Shown here: positions 1-7,922 of the stretch, one piece after another
Position numbering within the stretch: position 1 is the first letter of the stretch
Layout: each line of letters opens with the position of its first letter
Virus record (IMG/VR): IMGVR_UViG_3300033568_000049
Location: 1-26,504 of that record
DNA length: 26,504 bases
DNA from: a virus
Taxonomy: Duplodnaviria > Caudoviricetes
Direction: 5' to 3' (one strand)
The notes under the pieces: generated by a model
The model's database searches: none
Seen by the model: the letters and a program-made list of their open reading frames with translations, nothing else
Told to the model about the DNA's origin: nothing
Position numbers and translations under genes: made by a program

Positions 1-147
1 TACGGCTCCGGCTCCGGCTACGGCTCCGGCTCCGGCTACGGCTCCGGCTCCGGCGACGGCGACGGCTACGGCTACGGCGACGGCTACGGCTACGGCTCCG
101 GCTACGGCTACGGCTCCGGCGACGGCTCCGGCGACGGCTACGGCGAC
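1..147 (+). repeat. Hexamer-unit tandem repeat (TAC/TCC/GAC)GGC
   Basis: Every second codon is GGC; the alternate codons are only TAC, TCC or GAC. Confidence 0.95.
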
Positions 148-150
148 TAA
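1..150 (+). CDS. 3' end of a glycine-rich (G-[Y/S/D])n repeat phage protein, truncated by the window edge
   Basis: Frame 1 reads YGSGSGYGSGSGYGSGSGDGDGYGYGDG...GYGD then TAA at 148-150; followed by SD GAGAGGAGG for the next gene. Confidence 0.8.
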   Translation, partial: YGSGSGYGSGSGYGSGSGDGDGYGYGDGYGYGSGYGYGSGDGSGDGYGD

Positions 151-169
151 GAGAGGAGGCAGACGCGCG

Positions 170-388
170 ATGAGTAAGACCTGTCCGATGTGCGGAGGAG
201 TGATTCGTAAGCGCTCGTCGCGCGTCTGCGCGATCTGCAAGCGGCCGATCCTCCGCGGCCACAAGTACCAGTTCAACGGTTCGCAGATCGAGCACCTCGT
301 GTGTGCTGAGCCAACCTTCTACGTGCCTGGGCAATCGCCGATCACGGAACCGCTCGCCGAGCAGCAGACGCTCGGGGTGACGGCATGA
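170..388 (+). CDS. Small Zn-finger protein
   Basis: CPMC, CAIC and HLVC motifs; strong SD (GAGGAGG); ATGA overlap with next gene. Confidence 0.75.
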   Translation: MSKTCPMCGGVIRKRSSRVCAICKRPILRGHKYQFNGSQIEHLVCAEPTFYVPGQSPITEPLAEQQTLGVTA

Positions 389-768
389 ACGATCAGATCG
401 GCTTCGGCTTCCTCGGCACGAAGTACGCGACCGAGCAACCACTCCGCGACAAGTACGCGCCGCTCACCGCGCCGTTCCAGCCGACGAGTGATACGTCGGT
501 GAAGGCCGCCGAAGAGATCGAGCCGCACCGCCTCACCCAGGAGCGGCGCGTCTTCCTCGCGTACAAGCGCCGCGGCCGCTACGGGGCAACGATGGACGAG
601 ATCGACGTCGAGCTCGAGATCGGGATCCCCTCGGTGTGCGCCAGGACGAACAAGCTCGCCGATCCCGATCGTCCAGGTGGCGCTCTCATCGTGAAGACCG
701 AACGCGAACGCATCACTCGCCGGGGAGGCATGGCGTCCGTCTACGTGGCGATCGAGCGCACGGACTGA
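385..768 (+). CDS. Winged helix-turn-helix DNA-binding protein
   Basis: GATMDEIDVELEIGIPSVCARTNKL...LIVKTERERITRRGGMASVYVA is a typical phage wHTH with wing. Confidence 0.7.
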   Translation: MNDQIGFGFLGTKYATEQPLRDKYAPLTAPFQPTSDTSVKAAEEIEPHRLTQERRVFLAYKRRGRYGATMDEIDVELEIGIPSVCARTNKLADPDRPGGALIVKTERERITRRGGMASVYVAIERTD

Positions 769-812
769 CAACCGACAACTCACAACCCCTAACACGAAAG
801 GACTCAAGGCGC

Positions 813-1166
813 ATGAAGGAATCCGCACTCACGTTTGATCAACTACTGCACTCCGTCGAGACGGTCTTCGACGAAGAGCGCGGAGTGCTGCTCGAGAAGA
901 TCGAGCAGGCCTACGACCAGGCGCATCGCCGCGCCTCATTCGCCGCGAAGAAGGCGAAGCTCAAGATCGAGCTCACCTTCGAGCCGAAGGAAAACCGGAT
1001 GCTCGTCACCGCCTCGGTGGAGACCCGGCTCCCGAAGGTCGCCGCGTTCCCTCTGACCGCGTGGGTCGACCGCGACGGCTCGCTCGCACTCGACGACCCC
1101 GCACAGCGGAAGCTCGAGTTCCCGAAGTCGCTCACCACCACGCCAGAGGTGACCCATGCTGGCTGA
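813..1166 (+). CDS. YfdP-like phage protein (partner of DUF2303)
   Basis: Start re-set to ATG 813 (MKESALTF); KAKLKIELTFEP...VETRLPK...WVDRDGSLALDDPAQRKLEF pattern; sits directly upstream of a DUF2303-like gene. Confidence 0.6.
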   Translation: MKESALTFDQLLHSVETVFDEERGVLLEKIEQAYDQAHRRASFAAKKAKLKIELTFEPKENRMLVTASVETRLPKVAAFPLTAWVDRDGSLALDDPAQRKLEFPKSLTTTPEVTHAG

Positions 1167-1992
1167 GTTCCTCGAGCACATCCAGAGCACGACGATCCCG
1201 AGTGAGACGGTCACGATCGAGACCGTCAACGGGAAGGACGCCTACCTCTACACGCCGAGCGAGCAGCGGTACGAGCGCGTCGCCTTCATTCCGCGCGAGA
1301 AGCCGCTCACGGTTTCGGAGATCGAAAGCCTCGCGCGACTCGTTCGCCTCGAGGCGAGCAAAACCGGCGGGGCCGTCGTCGTCTTCTCCTCCTACGGAGC
1401 GACGTTTCTCCCGGGCAACACGACGCTCGCCTACGGGGACGGGGCAGCGGAGGCGTCGGTTCTGGAGACCGGACGCGTCGCGACCGAGCACTGCTACACC
1501 CGGCGCTACTCGCCACAGTGGGCGGAGCTCCGCAAGGTTCTCACCGCTGGCACGAAGCTCTCGCACCTTGAGTTCCTCCGCGCGCTGCAGCGGCTGCGCC
1601 CCTCGATCCCCGAGTACGCGACGATCTTCTCGGCCTACCAGCGCGTCTCGCTCGACGCCAACACGAAGGCGACGAACTCGCCGCTCGTCCTCCGCGACGG
1701 TGGCGCGTCGTCGATCGCGTTCAACGTCTCGCTCAAGTCGGGCACCGCCGAGGTGAAGCTGCCGGCGGAGTTCGACGTCATCCTTCCGCTGACGCGCTTC
1801 GGCTCGCCGCAGGAGTTCGCGGTCGAGGTCGACATCAACGTCTCGGCTGACGGGAAGGTGCTCTTCGGACTCATCGCGCCAGAGATGGATCTCGCGGAGG
1901 AGGAGGCGATCTCGAGCGAGGTCGTCACGTTCGAGCGCCTGATCAAGGAGGCGCCCGTCACCGGCGGCGTGACTGTGCTGGTGAACCTATGA
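1156..1992 (+). CDS. DUF2303/YfdQ-like protein
   Basis: SPQWAEL...LSHLEFLRAL...LPAEFDVILPL motifs and 278 aa length fit the family; SD GAGG. Confidence 0.6.
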   Translation: MLAEFLEHIQSTTIPSETVTIETVNGKDAYLYTPSEQRYERVAFIPREKPLTVSEIESLARLVRLEASKTGGAVVVFSSYGATFLPGNTTLAYGDGAAEASVLETGRVATEHCYTRRYSPQWAELRKVLTAGTKLSHLEFLRALQRLRPSIPEYATIFSAYQRVSLDANTKATNSPLVLRDGGASSIAFNVSLKSGTAEVKLPAEFDVILPLTRFGSPQEFAVEVDINVSADGKVLFGLIAPEMDLAEEEAISSEVVTFERLIKEAPVTGGVTVLVNL

Positions 1993-2252
1993 CGACCGAG
2001 CTCACCCACCACTGCCGCGGTTGCGGCCGCCCTGCGGATGCTACCCGCCGCTGTGCCGACTGCGTCCACGCTGACGGAGAGCTGCGCCGCGGATTCCTCC
2101 GGATGAAAGTGGGTGAGCTCGGCCTCATCGACCTCGAGCGAAGCATCGACGGGAAGTACTACACGAACACGGGCGGCACGCGTCGCCGCGTGACCGTAGC
2201 TCCGGCGCCTGCGGATGGCGCGCCGGCAGCAGGGGAGGAGCCAAGCGAATGA
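1989..2252 (+). CDS. Hypothetical protein with N-terminal CxxC...CxxC
   Basis: ATGA overlaps at both ends; CRGC and CADC motifs. Confidence 0.65.
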   Translation: MTTELTHHCRGCGRPADATRRCADCVHADGELRRGFLRMKVGELGLIDLERSIDGKYYTNTGGTRRRVTVAPAPADGAPAAGEEPSE

Positions 2253-2581
2253 GCACCATCGAGAAGGTTCTGCAGTTCGCAGCGAAGGACCCGACCGCGT
2301 TCGCGCGAGGCGTCGCGATCGGGGGCGAGTTCAACTCACTCATCGACGAGAGCCGCATCGCGCTCACGGAGCCCGGCATCGCCTGGCTCTCCCTCGAGAA
2401 CGAGAACGCGTGCCTCCGGAACGAGCGCGCCGTCGCGCGCGAGGAGATCGGGAAGCTGGAGCTGGAGAAGCACGGCCTCATGTTGCGGCTCGTCGACGCG
2501 GCCGAGCGGGAAGAGATGCTTCGCCTCGAGATCGCGACGCTCCGCCGCTGGTTGAGCGACAAGACGGAGGCCGGCGCGTGA
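2249..2581 (+). CDS. Hypothetical coiled-coil protein
   Basis: SD GGAGGAG, ATGA overlap, heptad-like LENENACLRNE...LRLEIATLRR. Confidence 0.7.
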   Translation: MSTIEKVLQFAAKDPTAFARGVAIGGEFNSLIDESRIALTEPGIAWLSLENENACLRNERAVAREEIGKLELEKHGLMLRLVDAAEREEMLRLEIATLRRWLSDKTEAGA

Positions 2582-3174
2582 CTTTCGCAGAACATCTGCG
2601 GAGCGTCCTCTCTGTGATCGAGACGACGCTCCTCGAGAAGAACGACCGCTACGGCAACTCGGCGCTCGATCCGATCCGCATCTTCTCGCGGGCCGATCGC
2701 TCGGCCGGGATCGCCGTCCGCATCGACGACAAGCTCAGCCGCATCCGCAACCTCGGCACGGCACCCAGCCCCGACGAGGACACGGTGCGCGATCTGCTCG
2801 GCTACCTCGTGCTGTGGTGCGTGGCGGAGGAGATGGGGAAGGCGAAGCCTGAGATCTCGATCAAGGTGGATTCTTCAGTAGCTGAGGCTGCGCTCGAACA
2901 GTGTCAGGCGGAGCTTGACGTCGTTCGGATGTCCACCTCGACCTTTGCCGCGGGTCAGCAGATCGCGAGCGCTATTCGCTCCGGACGCCTGACTCGAAAG
3001 GTCGCCGACGCCATCATCCGTGCAGCGTTCAGCGCAGATCGAACGACTGCCGACGCCACGCCGTCGAAGCACTGCGGCGCCGAGTTCTTCACCGACGACC
3101 TCGATCTCCGCGAATGCACCGACGTTTTCGCTCACACCGGCCTCCACTCCTTCCTTCCCGGAGTCACCCGATGA
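2578..3174 (+). CDS. DUF1599 / nucleotide-modification-associated domain 1 (Nmad1) protein with C-terminal extension
   Basis: GTG start overlapping upstream TGA with SD GGAGG; KNDRYGNSA...VRIDDKLSRI...EDTVRDLLGYLVL matches the family pattern. Confidence 0.75.
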   Translation: MTFAEHLRSVLSVIETTLLEKNDRYGNSALDPIRIFSRADRSAGIAVRIDDKLSRIRNLGTAPSPDEDTVRDLLGYLVLWCVAEEMGKAKPEISIKVDSSVAEAALEQCQAELDVVRMSTSTFAAGQQIASAIRSGRLTRKVADAIIRAAFSADRTTADATPSKHCGAEFFTDDLDLRECTDVFAHTGLHSFLPGVTR

Positions 3175-3806
3175 CTAGCTCGAGCGCCCGCCGTTACACG
3201 ACCCGCCACGTCAAGCTCGCCGTCGCGCTCTACCTCCAGGGCTTCGGCTGTCCCGCCGTGAGCCGCGAGATCGGCACGCGCCTCGGCGCTCCCGCACCAA
3301 GCGTGAAGTGGGTCTATCGCTGCGTCACGGGCGCCGGCATTGCGCGCTCGAAGTCGCGCGCTCTCGAGGTTCGTTGGATCCGTGAGTCGGGTCGCGACTA
3401 CGACGAGCTCCGGGAGCGCGCGGTTGCCCTCGCAGCCGAGAAGAACTTCTCCCGGCAGCAGGTCGCCGAGGAGCTGGGTGTGTCGAGCTCCTTCGCGAAA
3501 CGCCAGCAGCGCGCCGTCCTCGGCGAGCTCGCCCGCGAGTTCGAGATCGCCGTCGAAGAGGAGGGCATGCTCCGGATGCGCCACCTCGCAGCATGGCGGC
3601 GCTACTACCTTGCCGATACCCCCGACGTGAGCGAGCGCCGCGAGCGTTCGTCGCGCTGCGCCGAGCTCTACCTCGACGGCCTCACGTACACCGAGATCAG
3701 CAAGAAGCTCCGGATCCCACGCGGCTCGATCGTCGGGCTGCTCCGAATGGCCGGTATCAGCGTCAACCGCAACCACCCCAAGCAAACGAAGGACATCGCC
3801 GCATAG
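3171..3806 (+). CDS. Multi-HTH DNA-binding protein / putative transcriptional regulator
   Basis: ATG 3171 overlapping TGA; three HTH-like segments (LYLQGFGCPAVSREI; FSRQQVAEELGVSSSFAKR; LYLDGLTYTEISKKLRIPRGSI). Confidence 0.7.
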   Translation: MTSSSARRYTTRHVKLAVALYLQGFGCPAVSREIGTRLGAPAPSVKWVYRCVTGAGIARSKSRALEVRWIRESGRDYDELRERAVALAAEKNFSRQQVAEELGVSSSFAKRQQRAVLGELAREFEIAVEEEGMLRMRHLAAWRRYYLADTPDVSERRERSSRCAELYLDGLTYTEISKKLRIPRGSIVGLLRMAGISVNRNHPKQTKDIAA

Positions 3807-3816
3807 GGAGAACATC

Positions 3817-4971
3817 ATGACGACTGACCTCTCCACACCTACTCAGCGCCGGAGATTCAACACGATCCCCGGCGTCTCCGACCGCGGCGGCCTGCCGCGC
3901 CTCGGCAAGATCCGCCTCGGGATGCGTGACACCACCGGCAAGGGTTACCCGATCGAGGCGAAGCACTTCATCGTCGACCCGTCGGACGCTCTGCCCGCGG
4001 CGATGCAGGCGAACCTCCTCACGAAGATCCGCGAGCGTTACGGCGACGAGCCGCTCGAGCTCGGCAACGTCGTCTTCGTGTCCGCCGATCGCTTCGAAGC
4101 CTTCAGCGAGAACTACGAATGGTGGGGCGGTGGCCGGATGCTCTGCCAGGGGAACGGCGAGACCGCTGACCGGATGGATCCGGACACCGGCATCTGGTCG
4201 CCGCGCACGACGTGCGTGAAGAGCAACCGCTGCGCACAGTGGGCGTCGGGCAAGCAGTGCAAGATGATCGCGCGGCTGCGCTTCATCCTCCCCGACATCG
4301 ACATCTCCGGCTACTGGCAGCTCGACACGGGCTCGCAGTACTCCGCCGCGAACATCCGCGACGGGATCAACATGCTGACGACGATCTACGGGCGGATCCA
4401 CGGCATCCCCGTGACGCTCGTCCGCGCGCCCAGGCCGATCGAGTACCAGGGGAAGACGCGGGTGCATCACATCGTGCACATGTACCCGCCGAGTGTGACG
4501 CTCGCCGAAGCGCAGGAGAGGCACGGGGCGGCGAGGATGCTGGGTGCGGCGCCGGTTCCTTCTGCTTATCACGGCCCTAACGCTGCGGAGGTGAACACCG
4601 CGATCGCCGAGTCCCTCGATCCCGATCCCGTCCTCGACATCCCCGAGCTCGACGTTCCCGAGGATCTCCTCGCGACGCCTCCCGAGCGCGTCATCGACGA
4701 GGACATCTTCGCTGAGGCCGAGGAGGGGGCGCTCACCTACGTCTCCGCCGAGTCCCTTCGGATCGTCCGCTACAAGGCGATGCAGGCCGGCTACTACACG
4801 TTCGTCACCTCGGACAACGTGACCCACAGGACGCGGTCGGTAGGCGCTTACGAGCTGGCAAAGATGGCGAAACACAAGGGCCTTCCCGTGACGCTCATCG
4901 AAGAGGCGGGCGACGACAACCGCCCTGAGGTTCTCCAGGTCACCCCGATCTACGAGGTGGGCAATGCCTGA
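3817..4971 (+). CDS. Gp3-like (phiC31 recombination directionality factor-like) protein
   Basis: LPRLGKIRLG...GYP...HF N-terminus, LCQGNGETA, CVKSNRC...C, GYWQLDTGS motifs; SD GGGAG. Confidence 0.75.
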   Translation: MTTDLSTPTQRRRFNTIPGVSDRGGLPRLGKIRLGMRDTTGKGYPIEAKHFIVDPSDALPAAMQANLLTKIRERYGDEPLELGNVVFVSADRFEAFSENYEWWGGGRMLCQGNGETADRMDPDTGIWSPRTTCVKSNRCAQWASGKQCKMIARLRFILPDIDISGYWQLDTGSQYSAANIRDGINMLTTIYGRIHGIPVTLVRAPRPIEYQGKTRVHHIVHMYPPSVTLAEAQERHGAARMLGAAPVPSAYHGPNAAEVNTAIAESLDPDPVLDIPELDVPEDLLATPPERVIDEDIFAEAEEGALTYVSAESLRIVRYKAMQAGYYTFVTSDNVTHRTRSVGAYELAKMAKHKGLPVTLIEEAGDDNRPEVLQVTPIYEVGNA

Positions 4972-5320
4972 CATCCTCTCGTTCCCGCAGCGGCGTTCCT
5001 CGGTCTCCTCGTCCTTTCACCAGGCCACGGCGACCAACCTCCCGGGAGCCTCGGCGGCGCGCCGCCCGTTGGGGCTCCTCTCCTCGCTGCTCGAGTTCAT
5101 CCGTGACGTCTTCGGGTTCGGAGTGAAGGTCGAGACGGGGCGCTACCTCTGCCCGATCTGCCTCGGTGTGTATGAGGAGATCGACGAGCACGTCTGCCTC
5201 ACGACGGCGTACTGCATGGACTGCGACCGGCGCGTCGTCATCGAGACCAGGGGCCCGCGCGGCTCTGCCTGCTCCGAGTGTCACCGGACGAGCTACGTGC
5301 TCGCGAGGAGGGGAGTGTGA
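4964..5320 (+). CDS. Zn-finger hypothetical protein
   Basis: CPIC, HVC, CMDC, CSEC motifs; SD GAGGTG. Confidence 0.7.
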   Translation: MPDILSFPQRRSSVSSSFHQATATNLPGASAARRPLGLLSSLLEFIRDVFGFGVKVETGRYLCPICLGVYEEIDEHVCLTTAYCMDCDRRVVIETRGPRGSACSECHRTSYVLARRGV

Positions 5321-5589
5321 TCTCTCCCCAGGATGCGCTGCAGCGCGCCGCCCGCTCGTCGCCGCTCGACCTCGTCCGTCGCATCGATGACCTCGAGCGC
5401 GAGCTCGGTGCCGTGATGTCCGAACGCGACGCCAAAGAGCACGCGCTCGTTCTTCTCCGCGAGGAGATGCGCCTCATCGACGAGGCCGTCGCTCCGTTCA
5501 CCTGGATGGCCCCGCCTCACGCACTCACGAGTCTCCGCGTCAAGGTGATCGCGGCCGAGCTCGCGCGGGTCAAGGGCGGTGCCGCATGA
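5317..5589 (+). CDS. Hypothetical coiled-coil protein
   Basis: GTGA overlap start at 5317 with SD GGAGGG; helical sequence; genome-typical codon usage. Confidence 0.65.
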   Translation: MISPQDALQRAARSSPLDLVRRIDDLERELGAVMSERDAKEHALVLLREEMRLIDEAVAPFTWMAPPHALTSLRVKVIAAELARVKGGAA

Positions 5590-5966
5590 CGCCGCCGCTC
5601 TACGTCCCCGAGTCCGCGATCCTCGACGCCTGCCTCGAGTACCTCAAGGTCAGCCGGCGCGCGTTCGCCTGGCGACAGAACAGCGGCGGCATGAAAGTCG
5701 ACGACCGCTATGTGAACTTCTGCGGCGCGAAGGGTGCGTCCGACATCATCGGCGTTCTCCGCTGCGGTCACGGGCTCGCCGTCGAGTGTAAGTCCTCGGC
5801 CGGCAGGGTGACCGAGCTGCAGGCCGACTTCCTCGCGTGCGTCCGGCTCTTCCACGGCGTCGGGCTCATCGTGAGAAACGTCGACGAGCTCGTCCGTGAA
5901 CTCGACGCGCACGACCAGGGCTGCGTGTTCCAGGTGGCGAAACGGGCAGAGCGGAGGACGGCGTGA
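5586..5966 (+). CDS. VRR-NUC domain nuclease (Holliday junction resolvase-like)
   Basis: ESAILDACLEYL...GASDIIG...AVECKS..GRVTELQADFL PD-(D/E)xK pattern. Confidence 0.88.
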   Translation: MTPPLYVPESAILDACLEYLKVSRRAFAWRQNSGGMKVDDRYVNFCGAKGASDIIGVLRCGHGLAVECKSSAGRVTELQADFLACVRLFHGVGLIVRNVDELVRELDAHDQGCVFQVAKRAERRTA

Positions 5967-6976
5967 GCAAGACCTCGATCGAGTGGACCGACGCCGTCTG
6001 GAATCCCGTGCGCGGCTGCACGAAGGTTTCCCCTGGCTGCGCTCACTGCTACGCCGAGACGTTTGCCGAGCGTTGGCGCGGAGTGCCGGGACATCCGTAC
6101 GAGCAGGGCTTCGACCTGCGGCTCGTTCCCGAGAAGCTGGCCGAGCCGCTCACCTGGAAGAAGCCGCGGCGCGTCTTCGTGAATTCGATGAGCGATCTGT
6201 TCCACGAGAGCGTGCCGGACGAGTACATCGATCTCGTCTTCGCGATCATGGCCTTGACGCCGCAGCACACATACCAAGTGCTCACGAAGCGCTCGGAGAG
6301 GATGCGTCGCTGGGCAACCGCGCCTGGCACAGAAGAACGCGGGGAGGCGTGCGCCGACGGGATCATTGGGCTGCTCGGGGTGGAGAGCGGAGTCGATGCG
6401 TGCGAGCGCATCATCGCATCTGCATTCTGGCGAGAGCCGCTCCCTAACGTCTGGCTCGGCGTCAGTGTCGAGAATCAGAAGGCGGCCGACGAGCGGATTC
6501 CGGATCTTGTATCGACGCCAGCCGCAGTGCGCTTCATCTCGGCAGAGCCGTTACTGGGGCCGATCGAGTTCAGACCTTCGTGGGTCGCAGGCTATGACTA
6601 CGACGGCGCTGGTTGCTCCATGCGATCCAAGCCTCGGATCGACTGGGTGATTGCGGGCGGCGAGAGCGGACCGACGGCGCGCCCGATGCACCCCGACTGG
6701 GCGCGCTCGCTGCGTGATCAGTGCAGCGCCGCGGAGGTACCGTTCTTCTTCAAACAGTGGGGGGAGTGGGCACCGGGGGAGTGCGTGGAGCGGACGCGGG
6801 GTCGCATAGACGTTGCGACGTGGTTCGACAGCTCCTGGCTTCTCGAAGAGGCGAGTCTCTCATGCCACGAAGGCCACTACGACGACCAGCCGGACGTGTA
6901 TCGGGTCGGCAAGAAAGCCGCCGGTCGCATCCTCGACGGCCGCGAGTGGAACGAGTTCCCCGAGGTGCGCGCATGA
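5963..6976 (+). CDS. DUF5131 / phage Gp37-Gp68 family protein (radical-SAM-like)
   Basis: TSIEWTDAVWNPVRGCTKVSPGCAHCYAE, VFVNSMSDLFH, NVWLGVSVENQ, WVIAGGESG, FFFKQWG hallmark motifs. Confidence 0.95.
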   Translation: MSKTSIEWTDAVWNPVRGCTKVSPGCAHCYAETFAERWRGVPGHPYEQGFDLRLVPEKLAEPLTWKKPRRVFVNSMSDLFHESVPDEYIDLVFAIMALTPQHTYQVLTKRSERMRRWATAPGTEERGEACADGIIGLLGVESGVDACERIIASAFWREPLPNVWLGVSVENQKAADERIPDLVSTPAAVRFISAEPLLGPIEFRPSWVAGYDYDGAGCSMRSKPRIDWVIAGGESGPTARPMHPDWARSLRDQCSAAEVPFFFKQWGEWAPGECVERTRGRIDVATWFDSSWLLEEASLSCHEGHYDDQPDVYRVGKKAAGRILDGREWNEFPEVRA

Positions 6977-7149
6977 AACCCAGCAGCGCGGTATCCCCGC
7001 CTCACATCTGCACACCCAACTGCTTCCGCATCTACCGCGACGGGAAGTGGCTCCCGACGCGCGAGTGCAAGCGGAAGCTGCAGCAGGACGACATCCGTCA
7101 CAACCGCGAGCAGCGAGCGAAGAAGCGGATCTACGGAGGTGGTGCCTAA
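6973..7149 (+). CDS. Small hypothetical protein (58 aa)
   Basis: ATGA overlap upstream with SD GAGG, TAATG overlap downstream; HICTPNC motif. Confidence 0.6.
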   Translation: MKPSSAVSPPHICTPNCFRIYRDGKWLPTRECKRKLQQDDIRHNREQRAKKRIYGGGA

Positions 7150-7922
7150 TGGCAAAGCCTCGGTCAATCTCAAAGAAGACACGCTTCGAGGTATTCAAGC
7201 GTGACTCGTTCACTTGTCAGTACTGCGGGGAAAAGGCCCCGAATGCGGTACTGCGCGTGGACCACATCAAGCCCGTCGCCAAGGGTGGCACCTCGGGCAT
7301 CCTCAACCTGATCACGGCGTGCCACTCCTGTAACGCAGGGAAGAGTGATCGCGAGCTCTCCGACTCCTCCGTGGTAACCAAGGCACATGATCAGGCGCAG
7401 ATGCTACAGGAGCGGCGCGAACAGATCGCGATGCTCTCGCAGTGGCACGTCGAACTCGCGAGTCTGGATGAGGAAACCGTCGATGCCGCCTGCCATCTCT
7501 TTGAGATCCTCACGGGAGGGTACACCTGGCGAAACCAAGAGGGGCGGAGCTCGCTGAAGAAGATGATCGGGACCTACGGGCTCGACGAGGTTCTAACGTC
7601 AATCCGCATCGCTGCGAAGGCCTACCTGTCATGGGATCGCGAGGGTGTTCTCGACCCGGCATCCGTCAATCTCGCCGCTTCAAAGGTTTCTGGAATTCTC
7701 TTTAACCGCAAAAAATATTCCGGACCCGACGGCGCCGCGGTCGCTTACGCCCTAAACATTATCAAGCGCCACCACTACGTCTACGTCGCCAAGCTCCGCA
7801 CAATCGAATCTCTCTGCCGTAAGGCTCTCACATCGGTGACCACAGACGACCTCGTCGCTATGGCCAGGGCGGCAGAGAGCGCCGACGACTTCATCTATAC
7901 GCTCGAGGACGTGACCACATGA
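7149..7922 (+). CDS. HNH endonuclease with C-terminal helical domain
   Basis: ATG 7149 (MAKPRSISKKTRFEVFKRDSFTCQYCG...VDHIKPVAKGG...NLITACHSCNAGKS); SD GGAGG. Confidence 0.9.
   Translation: MAKPRSISKKTRFEVFKRDSFTCQYCGEKAPNAVLRVDHIKPVAKGGTSGILNLITACHSCNAGKSDRELSDSSVVTKAHDQAQMLQERREQIAMLSQWHVELASLDEETVDAACHLFEILTGGYTWRNQEGRSSLKKMIGTYGLDEVLTSIRIAAKAYLSWDREGVLDPASVNLAASKVSGILFNRKKYSGPDGAAVAYALNIIKRHHYVYVAKLRTIESLCRKALTSVTTDDLVAMARAAESADDFIYTLEDVTT

Noticed and set aside
1-147. CRISPR array or DGR variable repeat
   Set aside because: No repeat-spacer structure, and no reverse transcriptase or template repeat in the window; it is a coding low-complexity repeat
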